A stretch of 64,000 nucleotides of DNA, taken from contig NC_086123.1 of NCBI RefSeq assembly GCF_963921235.1, positions 30,194,001 to 30,258,000 on the forward strand. The letters are read 5' to 3'. The notes beneath the pieces are model-generated. The model saw only the letters and a program-made list of their open reading frames with translations, was not told the origin of the DNA and ran no database searches. The translations under genes were made by a program, and so were the position numbers. Position 1 is the stretch's first letter; every line of letters starts with the position of its first letter. Of this stretch, positions 51,879 through 62,931 are shown one piece after another. This DNA is from Mobula hypostoma. Its lineage: Eukaryota.

Positions 51879-52345
51879 TTTTGTGGGGAATCTAGTTCTC
51901 AATGTAAAAATACTCAAAACGTATAGATTTGGCAACCTTCAAGATGTTTTTATTTATACCACATACAGTGATTATAGTAAATGGCTAAATTTTATAAGAG
52001 TTATTCAATCAGCCAAGGTCAATTTAATAAGGTCTTCCCACTAATAATATGTTAACATTCTGGTTTCTTTGTTAGTTTTTTTTGTACAGAAGGTTGTTGG
52101 TTTGGGGAGTTTTATTAGTTTTTTTATGCAAGGGAGGGAGCTGTTTGATGCTTTTCTTTGAATGACCTCCATGGTTTTGTTTCGTGGCTGTCTGGAGAAG
52201 ATGAATCTCAGAGTTGTATATGGTACACATGCTTGGAAAATAAATGAACCTTTGAACCTTCAATCAATGATTTAAAATAATAACACCTTACTGCCTACTT
52301 TGCCTGACTGATTAGTAATCCAGGTGTATTTGCTAATGGACTTAC

Positions 52346-55183
52346 CATCTTATCCTCCACCGTTGACGGCAATCTGTGCTTTGAAATCTCTGTGCCACGG
52401 TGTTGAACTCTGTCAGATGAGTTGCTCCTTCTTCCTTCATAATGCTTATCGTCTGCTGATGTACCTTGCTGGTTTATTATAAGCCCATCGAACGCTTTTT
52501 GTGTCTCCTTGTGAACTTCTATAGGTCTTGACTTTTTAACCTCCGAAACAGAATGATGCGGCTCTTTAGGATGGACTCTTGATATTCGAGGAGAATTCTG
52601 GCCAGAGTGTTCTCCACGGTGTTTTGTCCTGCTTTCCACTTTCACGTGCTGCTCGCTGTCTACTGACATCTCAATGTACTTTTCTTTCTCCGATACATGT
52701 GAAGAACCATAAATAGGCCTCCTTGAGCTGTCCAAGTCATCCAAGAAGCTGGTTTTACTACTCAGGTAATGACCTTCCAGCGTTTGGTTTGAACTGTCCA
52801 TCGCTGCCCAAGTTACGAAACTTGCCTCATCACTCCAGTCCTTTTTGCGGCTTGGCACCGGTTCCCACTGATCATCCTTTCTAAATTTCACTTTGTCCCT
52901 GCCAGCATCAGTCATTTGCCCACCTCCAAGCAGATCAGACTGTTGCAAGTCACTGTACCCTGGAGAGGCTGGAGATGGTTGGCTTTTCCTTTTCTCATGT
53001 TTGTGCCGTCTAATTATATTGGCTATTGTGCTGGTGACACCATCCATTTCTTCGCTTCCTTCACACTCTGACTTCTGGCGAGTTGAAGAAACATTCTTCC
53101 CCACCTCTTCATATTCACAGTAAGCTGAGTAAGGTCTGCTTTTCTTCTTTTCTGTGAGACTTTTTTTCAAGTCAGTGTATGTGTCATCATAAACATCCCT
53201 TTTAAATTCGGCATCATGATGTTTCTTGTTTTGATCATTTCGCCTAGAAGTCTTCACTCCTTCTGAAAGAGGTGATAAGGTATTTTCAGTTTTTGTTCTC
53301 GTAGACCTGCCACTGGTTGGTTTTGAACCAGACATCTTTTGGAGAGAATCCATTGGCCTTGATGTTTCTTTTGAATAATCAGCCATCAGAGCATCTAGGT
53401 CAAGGATGTTATGATGCAAAGCCTTTTTATTATGCTTATCAGAAGTAACTTTTCTTCTGCCTGAAGGGGAAGATGTTCCAAGGTCTTGATCAGCAAATTT
53501 TGTCAACTTTGGTGTTCTGTGTTCTTCATAACCTTCTTGAAGAGTTTTGGAATGATGGCTATCCTTTTTATCATGGTAATGGAAACTTTTTGACTCTTCA
53601 TCAATTTTTCTTTCTGAATTTTCTTTTCTGTATTCCAACATCAAAACATCAAGATCCAATACACTATGGCTTTTGCGTGGCAAACTGCTCCTTGTCTTTT
53701 TTGATTTCTCAATATCTGCTGTTTTCGACCTTCTCACAGGCGATGTTACATGGGCTTCCTCTGACACATTATCCATTCCACTTGTCAGTGGACTGGAAAG
53801 AAACTCTTCAGACAACAAAGTTGATTTCTGCTTTTCTGGAGTGGAAATCTTTGGATAACCTTTGGAGTACTCCTCAAAGAAGCTCTCTGACTTCCTATTG
53901 GCTGAAACTTGTTTTTGGTAGGTAGCCTCCGTTGAAAAATCAGTCACTTGATCAGCTGCAGAGTTGGCTCCTGTCGAAAACTTATTGCTTTTCTCATTCC
54001 TTCTTGCTCTTGGAATGGCCTTCCGATAGATTTCCAAAGTTGTGTCATCTTGAAACCAACGTTTAGTTTCTTTCCCCGCCTCAGTATCATCCCTGCCGTC
54101 TGGAAGCTTTAATCCAGTAGAGGGCAGCATTTCCTGAGTGGTTGAGTCAATGTATGTTTTCTCAAGATACCTCGAGCTACTTTTTGAAGTAGCTGTGTCT
54201 GGGTTACTGAACGAGCTATGCCGTGTTACTCTCAGCAGCTTCTTTCCAACTACACCCGTTTCCAGCATTGCCGAGTTTGGCATCTTTTCATGAGATTGCC
54301 GAATCTGAACAGCATTAGGCACCTCAGCTCCTTTGACTTCAGAATTTGGTGCAGATGAGGGCGACTGTGATAAACGGCTGGCGTCAGTGGGATGTGGCCG
54401 ATACCAGCGCCTCCTGAAACTGCTGTCCTTTCCTTCAGGTTTTGTTTGGTCAGTCACAATGTACGACTTCCTCACCTTCTGTGCCTCAGCCTTGTCTTCA
54501 GATGTTGCAGGGAGAGAGGACCGAACTACTTTTTCACTTACTTTTTGCACGGTATCAATTTTATCATTGCTTGCAGACGACAGAAAACTGGAAACATTTA
54601 GTTCAGTAACCTTTGAGGAGGAACACCCGGGATCAGATTGTTTCTCTTTTTCAAAGCACGTTTTTTCTTTCCCCTCCAAAGAGTTAGCTTCGAGCTGCAG
54701 TGATTTTGTTTTCTTCACCTCTTGTTCACCATGCACGATGTCGACTGTTGTTTTCATTGCTGTGTAACTCTTTGACCTGGATCTTGAAGCTTGTTCTGGT
54801 CTTCTATCCTTATCAAGGAAGGAATTCAGTGAATGGGAGGAACTATCCGGCGCAACAGACTCTGGTTCCTGAAGGTGTTGCATCTCTCTTTCAATTATAA
54901 ACATTCTTAGAGATTTTGTGTCAGAGTCACTTTTCTTTCCATCTGAACTTTGGGAAGTAGTTTCGCTCATTGAGGAAACACTATCAGCTGCATTGGTTGT
55001 GTTTACTTGGCCCTTTGTCTCCTTCATCCTGACAAAACTGTTTCGTCTGCTGATTTTCTCAGAGCTGGGTTTCTCGTCTGTGATCCCTTTTTCCAAACCT
55101 TTGCTCACTTTCCGCAACGACTTACGCCGGCTCCAAGTGAGTTCGGTGTCAGTCTCCATCAAGTGTGTTTGGTCCTTCTCTGC
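52346..55183 (-). CDS. KIAA1671: KIAA1671-like giant internal coding exon, 2838 nt (946 codons)
   Basis: Covered by the 955-aa ORF. Acceptor tatttcag|GCA at 55183 is in frame; donor ATG|gtaagt after 52346. Contains VLDLDVLMLEY and ILDLDALMADY. Confidence 0.88.
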
Positions 55184-55450
55184 CTGAAATACAGATAAAG
55201 AAGCAAAAATCGATCAAGGGGAGAAGTGGATGACGCCGCCTGGTGCTTTCCAACAGGCAATCGATAAGATTGCACAGGTACAGGTTTTTGAGAGGTGATG
55301 AAATTGGAAGCAACCTTTTAGTTTAGACAATAAAGTGCTGAGAAAGAAAGAGATGTGCACTGTCTTGTTAATGAAGAGACAGAGTCTCTCAGATAATTAG
55401 TATTTAGTTCCATAAACGCACTGATGAAGGATCAGCAAATAATGTGAATA

Positions 55451-56430
55451 CTTACTGCCCATTACGCTGTTGGTGTTTAGGGCAGCAATGAAAATCATCT
55501 ATCTCTGGTGTTCATCATGTCAACAGCTTCCTCTCAGTTTTCACTACTGTCAGTTACACAAGTCCCGGTGGAGACTCAGGAATACCGTCACACTTAGCTA
55601 TAGAAGGATTCTTCATTGGTGTTTCCATAACAGTTTTGTTTTACCAGTCGGGGTTGTTAGCTCTGAGCTGAACCCCCTGAACCTGGAGGACAGGTGAACC
55701 ACTCTTCGTCTGACCTCTACCCTTTGACCTGTTTGGCATGGGTGACCCTACCAAGAACCAAAGTACAAAGCCCTGACTCCAGCCAACATACTTCTCCAGT
55801 TCATTGAGGTATGCAAGCCTTCAAACCCAAGGTTGTGGTCCTCTCAGAGGAAATAATGTGAAGGGGAAATTTAAAAATATATCGAGACACACTGAGAGAC
55901 AAAGTGATTGGGGTCAGATGGAAGCCAACATAGGACACTGTGAGGACATCCACAATGAATGGAAGTTTGATCAGTCCACTTTCTAAATGATGAGTGCAAT
56001 GTGAACAGAGGGAATTTCCACTTAACATGGACACAAGATATGAAATGGGATTTGGAATTAGTCTATTATTGTCATTTGTACCTAGGTCCTCCAAGAGGAA
56101 CACAACCTTGTCGCAGGATTTGGAGGCTTGCATGCCTCAATGACCCAGAGAGCTACACTGGCTGAAGTCAGGACTGTATACGCTGGCTCTTGATAGGGTC
56201 ATCCATGCCAAACAGGTCAAAGGGTAGAGGCCAGACTAAGAGTGGTCCACTGGCCCTCCAGGTTTGGGAGTCCAGCTCAGGGCTAACAAATCTGACTGGT
56301 AAAACAAAATTGCTATGGAAACAGCAATGAAGAATCATTCTACATTTGAGTGGCCATGGACAGACAGACAGAGAAGTAGGACCTTCATTGCTGCCCTAAA
56401 CGCCAGTGACATATTGGGCAGTAAGTAAGT
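55451..56430. repeat. Inverted pair of homologous retroposon copies (about 55451-55838 and 56095-56430); third copy at about 32380-32660
   Basis: 'cttactgccc...tttagggcagcaatgaa...cctttgacctgtttggcatgg' versus its reverse complement; the right copy has its own TSD-like ttgtacc.aggt. Confidence 0.75.
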
Positions 56431-57727
56431 TGTACCAAGGTACAGTGAAAAGCTTGTCTTGCATACAAATGATTACACAGTGCATGGAGGTAGTACAAGG
56501 TAAAACAGTAACAGAATGCAGAATAAAGTGCAAAAGCTACAGGGAAAGTGCAACACAGGTGGACAAAAAGGTACAAAATACCATCAAGGACAGAATAAAA
56601 AGCCCTCCCAGAATAAAAACCCTTGCTACAGAGCTGGTGCGTTCACCAGGAATGAGGATCAAATAATCTATTTCCAACTCAGGAGGGCATGTGCATTTTG
56701 GAAGGGAGTTTGCAGGTGGAGCCATTCCCAAGTACTGCTTCTCCAGTCCTGAACAACTGGTAGGAAAGTTAAAGGGGAATTAATTCTGCTAAACAAGGAA
56801 ACTGGAGCAAAAATAAAGGTTAAATTTAGAACACGCTGAATGACACTGTTAAATGGGCTACTCAACTGTCAACACACATGACACAAGCTATTCATCTTCT
56901 CAGCCAATGTTTATTGTAAGCCCTGCCTGTCTGAGTTCTCCAGATTCTCATCTGTAACAAACATGGCCAATCGGTGCTCCAACCATCACACTCGATATTT
57001 GGGTTGAGACCCTTCTTCAGGACTGGAAAGTAAGGGGGAAGATGCCAGAATAAAGAGGTGGGGGGGGGGGGAGGGCAAGCAATTCTCCTTTCAAAGTATG
57101 TTTCACGTCCCAGAGAAGGGTCTTGGCCCAAAACGTCAACTGTTTATTCATTTCCATAGATGCTGCCTGACCTGTTGTGTTTCCTCCAGTGTCTTGTGTA
57201 TGTCGACATAGAAAACTCACTTGTAACATAACATCAATGATTATCCAAGTTATGACAACTTGTTTGGTGCTAAATTAAAATTAAATATGAAGAGTTAATT
57301 ACCCATATACAATTTAGGAACAGTAAGATCTATTATTTAAATTATACCTTTCAGTAATTCAAAAGGTGACAAATACTTTGTTGTGCAACGATTCCCTCAT
57401 AAACTTAAAACTTGACTAAGCAAGAGATTTTCCTGTTGTATGTCAACGTCTCCAAGATCTACAAACCTACCCTGATTTGATATTAAGAACACTCACTGCC
57501 GCTACTGAGCATTCAGGACTTTCTCAGTTCTATTGACAAGTTTACTGGGGTCAATGTGTGCTTTACAGATGAATCTGAGCTGCTTTAGTCATCATTAAAA
57601 CCTACTGTTCCAAGTTGGGCACGGCTGTGTCAATATACCAGGCTGACACCAAACTAAAGATTTTACTGCCTTAGTGACACAGAGCTGGGTTTGCTTCGGA
57701 ATGGCAGCAGAATGCACAAGTCATTAC

Positions 57728-57881
57728 CAGGTCTCTTTCAACTTCATTCCTTTTGCTGAGGCTTCCCCTCCCTCTCTGTTCTGGGGTGCTCTGCAAAACT
57801 GAGCGTTCCGGAGATGAAAAGACAGTCACATCCACCTGCTTCTCAAAGCGACCTTCGTCGCCAACTGCTCGCGTCTCAAAC
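57728..57881 (-). CDS. KIAA1671: KIAA1671-like internal coding exon, 154 nt ((L)FETRAVGDEGRFEKQVDVTVFSSPERSVLQSTPEQRGRGSLSKRNEVERDL)
   Basis: Acceptor cctttttccaacag|G at 57881 and donor CTG|gtaatg after 57728. Its length (1+153 nt) joins the phase-2 upstream donor to the phase-0 downstream acceptor with no stop, and it completes the motif ITKL-FE. Confidence 0.85.
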
Positions 57882-58064
57882 CTGTTGGAAAAAGGTTTAG
57901 ACTACCATGAATCAAACTAATTTAAATGTGAAATAGCCTTTACACAGTGACCAAGAGAAATGGCCAACACAGATCTCATGGTAAAGCCAAAGCAATACTA
58001 TTTTTGAGAGAAGAAAAACAGTTTTTCACAGCTCTCTTTTAACTACTAGGATTTAGAGGCACAA

Positions 58065-58210
58065 TAGACAATAGACAATAGGTGCAGGAGTAGGCCATTC
58101 GGCCCTTCGAGCCAGCACCGCCATTCACTGTGATCACGGCTGATCATCCACAATCAGTATCCAATTCCTGCCTTATCCCCATAACCTTTGATTCCACTAT
58201 CTTTAAGAGC
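58065..58210 (-). mobile_element. CR1 3' end fragment
   Basis: (acaatag)3 terminal repeat plus 'gtgcaggagtaggccattcggcccttcgag'. Confidence 0.65.
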
Positions 58211-59037
58211 TCTGGCTCAGAGTTGTGACAATCCTCGTGTATTTGGCATGTTCTGGATTTGGTTAAAGGATGTGGGGAGCTCATCTCATTGAAACTTACT
58301 GAGCCTTGATAAATGAACGTGAGGACAATGTTTCCGCTCGGAGGAGAGTCTAGCATCCTCAGAATAAAGGGACGCCCCTTTAGAAATGAAATGAGGAGCA
58401 ATTTCTTCAGCCACAGAGTGGTGACTCCGCAGAATTTGTTGCCACAAATGGGAGAGGAGGTTAAGTTATTGGGTGTGTTGAAGGCAGAGATTGAGATTGA
58501 TTAAAGGGTTAAGGGTTACAGGGTGTAGGCAGGAGGATGGGCTGAGTAATATAAATATCTGCCCTGACTGACTGGCAGAACAGACTCGATGGTTCAAATG
58601 GCTTGATTCACTTCTTTTTTCTAATGGTTTTATATGTTTGTACCAAACATTTCCCAATACAAAAAAAACACTGTTCCACAACATGTTGTTACATGATTAG
58701 GATGTGAGTTAATAATCTATTTACTACCACACCAATCTGAGTGTTTAAGGAAATGGATACCACTGAAACAATGAAGGTTATTACTAGGTCTGAATGTGAG
58801 GGAAAATTACTGATAAGGAAGGTCATTGAGAAAAAGTGAGGCAAAACAACTCAGAGAACAATGACTCAGTATTGGGCTTTATTGAGACACAATAACTTGA
58901 AGAGGTTTCTAGTGTAGGTCCTGAAGTGTATCTAAGTTTGACTATATACATTTCTGTTCCTCACACAGCTTCTCTTCATATTAAATTTCAAAGTTCAAAG
59001 TACATTTATTGTCAAAGTATTTATAACAATATAAATA

Positions 59038-59350
59038 CTTGGCACGTGGCCAAATGGTTAAGGCATTGGACTAGCGATCTGAAGGTTGTGAGTTCAATCC
59101 CCAGCTGAGGCAGCGTGTTGTGTCCTTGAGCAAGGCACTTAACCGCACAGTGCTCCGCGACGACACCGGTGGCAAGCTGTATTGGCCCTTGCTCTTCCCT
59201 TGGACAACATCGGTGTTGTGGAGAGGGGAGACTTGCAGCATGGACAACTGCCGGTCTTCCATACAACCTTGCCCAGGCCTGCGCCCTGCGCCCCGGAGAG
59301 TGAAGACTTTCCAGGTGCAGATCCATGTCCTCGCAAGACTAACGGATGCC
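59038..59350 (+). mobile_element. tRNA-derived SINE
   Basis: gtggccaaatggttaaggc (A box) ... gagttcaatccc (B box), core gtgtccttgagcaaggcacttaac. Confidence 0.75.
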
Positions 59351-60819
59351 TTTAATATAGATTATACAACCTTGAGATTGATCTTCTTAAAGCCAGTCAC
59401 AAAACAAAGGAACCCATTTTAAAAAGACCGTCAAACACCCAACATGCAGAGAAAAAGAAAACAAATTATGTAAGCAATAAACGCAAGCAAATAGCATTCT
59501 GAATTGAAGCCCACAAAGAGAATCTGTCCACAGACCCTTAGTCTGGTGCTGAAACGAGTAAAGCTCACAAAGAGCTGGAAAGGCTTGCCCCTCGCCTTAG
59601 GCCCCGTCACCCTGACCTTTTCAAACTTATCAAGCATAACGATGGGGAAAAAAAAAGAAAAATAGCATCACCTAAGACTTAATTCAAATTTATAATTAAT
59701 AAATATTTCTATACCAACACATAAGAGTCTTTGTAAATTGATTATGTATGGTCAGTCAGTAGCGTAGCGGTTAGCACAACGCTTTACTGTACAGGCAACC
59801 CGGGTTCAATTCCCACTGCTGCTTGTAAGGAGTTTGTACGTTCTCCCCGTGACCACATGGGTTTCCTCCGGGTGCTCCGGTTGCCTCCAACAGTCCAGAG
59901 ACGTAACGGTTGGTAGGTTAATTGGTCATTGTAAAGTGTCCTGTGATTAGGCTAGGGTTAAGTCATGGGATTGCTGGGCAGCATGGCTCGAAGGGCTGGA
60001 AGGGCCTTTTCTGCACTGTATCTCAATAAATAAATAAATTATCTAAAAGAATTGGGGAGGGGTGTTGGTTATTCAAAAGGAATTAAATTTGCCAATTCAC
60101 AATTTGCTTTCACAATTCCAAGTGATCCAACAATTACAAGAGAAGGAATTTGTAGAATTCTATGCATACAGATTTTCAACCAATAGATCTTTACATAATT
60201 AATAAAATTATGATGGATCACACTGCACAGGCTACTTCACTCCAAGTAATTAACAGTTTTGTCAGTTCTTGGACTGAAATAACATTTTGTACACACAGAA
60301 ACTATTGGAAGGATTGCCCCACATGCTGAAGGCAGGCTTATAAGCTGTCACGAGAGAAACTGATAGACGAAATGAGTACTGACTGGGTTACTATTTATCT
60401 GAAGTGCTGTTAGCAGCAGAACTTTCAAGTAACTCATCTCAACACTGTAAATAATGGCAATTTATGATAAATGCAATTTTAAACAGAGTACTAGAAGCCC
60501 AATAGCGATGGAACTGATGAAATCATGGTTAAATTGAGAGAGACTAACTTGAAACATTAGCCAGCCGGTGGTGTAGTGGCATCAGCACCAGACTTCCGGT
60601 CCTGGGTTCGAAATTGGCCGGCTCCTTGCACGCTTTCCATCTAGGCCGGGTTGAGCGTTAAGCTAGCAACTCGGCCTAGTAAAAACAGACAAATGCTAAG
60701 GAAAAGGGGAAAAAAGAAGCCGCCCAATGCGCCACAAGGAACAACAGCAGCAATCTGAAAAAGGCCATTCAAGACATCTAGCCCCAGAGACGCAGGTAGC
60801 CAACAAGTGAAAGGCGTAA

Positions 60820-61190
60820 AGGAAAATGTATGTGGTGTTCAGGGATGCATGATATGTATGGTATGATAGTCATGGGGGATTTCAATATGCAGATGGATTG
60901 GGAAAATCAGGCTGGTGCTGGATCATAAGAGAAAGAACTTGCAGATTTTTTTTAGAGCAGTTTGTGGTCGAGCCCACTAGGGAAAAGGCAATCCTGGACT
61001 GGGAGTTGTGTGAACAACCTGATTTGATTATGGAGCTTAAGGTAAAGGAACCCTTAAGGAGACAGTAATAATAATATAAAATTCACCCTGCAGTTTGAGA
61101 GGGAGAAGCTCATATCAGATGTATCACTATTGCAGTGGAGTAAAGGGAAGTACAGAGGCCTGAGAGAGAAGCTGGCCACATTTGATTGGA
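60820..61190 (+). mobile_element. CR1 endonuclease-region fragment
   Basis: Translates to IVMGDFNMQMDW ... FLEQFVVEPTREKAILD. Confidence 0.7.
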
Positions 61191-62074
61191 ATAGCTGAAT
61201 GGAGTTGAGGGAGAAAATAAATCAGCCATGATGGAATGGCCAACAGATTCAAGGCGCCAAATAGCCTAATTCTGCTCCAATGTCTTATGATTTTTCTGGC
61301 TAATATAACAAAATAGCATTATAGAACCAGAAATAGAAGATCAGCAGAACACTCCAAATAAGAGATGGAATAGTTTTGCTGAAGTAATAAAATAGAATGA
61401 CTGCTGCTTTGGTGATGAGGCAGGTTAAGTTACCAGTTTCCCAGATTAACAACCTAGAAACCTGACATGACCTCAGTTCCCTCCATGGCATCTGAGAAAT
61501 TATTCAGTTGAAAAGAAGAGCGAGCAATAGTAACAATTGTAGGCAAAGTCCATCAATTTCTTTATCACCCTGCATGGAAAGAAGCTTGCCCTTCTTGCCC
61601 AGTATATGTGTAACTTCCAGACCACCAATATGGTGGGCAAGTCAATGCCCTCTGCCTCTCGAAGTCCAACCCTACATCTCCGTTGTGAGAAGCGGAAATG
61701 GCCCACAGGGCTCTGCTGAAGCTGTATAGGCCAATGCCCTGTACGGTGGACACAATGCATTCCGGAAACATTGATGAACTCCAACCATACCATCGACTTC
61801 GGACTTTGGAGACGTGAAGCCATCCTATGCTCCACTGGGAGCTAAAGGCCCAAGAAGCAGAAGAGTCAATGGCCCAGTGAGAGCAATCAAGCACACGCAA
61901 TAAATGCTGGGCTTACCTACAGTAGTGCATATATAAGTAAAATTTGGATATATCAATAATTATCAAGAGAATTATTCATGCCTAACAGAAAGAAAACATA
62001 AACGGTGAGGAGATCCTAGTAAAATGGAAACCAATGGTTTCCAATCTTTCCAATGGAAAGATTGCCAGAAATCA

Positions 62075-62329
62075 GGAGGGAAGGAGGAGTTGGGCATGTG
62101 GCCAAGTGGTTAAGGCATTCGTCTAGTGATCTGAAGGTCGCTAGTTCGAGCCTCAGCTGTGGCAGCGTGTTTGTGTCCTTGAGCAAGGCACTTAACCACA
62201 CATTGCCCTAGTGTCTGTGCGAGGAGTAGCGCCCCACACAGACTTCCAATCCGCGCCTTGTAAGGCATGAAAACGCCCGACGCAGGCCTCTCATGGTCTG
62301 AGTCGACGTTCCCTCCCCCAACATCCCTC
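62075..62329 (+). mobile_element. tRNA-derived SINE
   Basis: Same head and core as 59038; 10-bp TSD ccagaaatca (62065-62074 / 62330-62339). Confidence 0.75.
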
Positions 62330-62931
62330 CCAGAAATCAAGTTGGATAGAATGGCTGGGAACAGGAGTCATGGAAGGGCTGAACGGAGTTAAAAGGATGG
62401 ATGTGGGAATGTGATAAGCAAATGAAGGAATTGCTTGGAAGTTCATTGGTAAAAGCAAATTAGTCAGGGTACAGCTGAAGGGAGATTTGGGACATGCTGT
62501 CTGCTGATGAGTTAAGAAAGAACCATGCAAGATAAAAGGCTAAGTAGAATCAAAATATTGATATGCCCCAGTGGAAAAACTACAGCAATTAAATCAATAT
62601 ACATAGTAACTGGGCAAAAGAAAGCCATTTGGGAGAATGAGGGCTTAACTCAATGAAAGGAGTTTCATATGTAGTTCCTAAAGGATATCTGAATCTGAAC
62701 CGTGCACGTCTGCATATGACTGTATATTGTCTGAATAATGTCTCTTCACTTTGGACTTAATCGAGAAGAAATACTTGATGCTACGACTTATCCACATAAT
62801 TAACAATTCATTCAATATGCAGGTATCAAGAACCAAGAATGAAAACATGTAAATGATATGGGATGTATTTTTTAAAAGTAAACACTTGTACTTACTTAAC
62901 ACTAAACAGGAAAAACTAAAATTCAACATAC

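Noticed and set aside
52295-55162. 955-aa ORF as a stand-alone single-exon gene
   Set aside because: It is flanked by an in-frame acceptor (55183) and donor (52346). The listed start is TTG and the last 16 codons are intronic read-through.
59038-59110. tRNA gene-like sequences (also 62095, 59755, 39250)
   Set aside because: They are SINE heads followed by core and tail sequences, some with TSDs; no complete cloverleaf.
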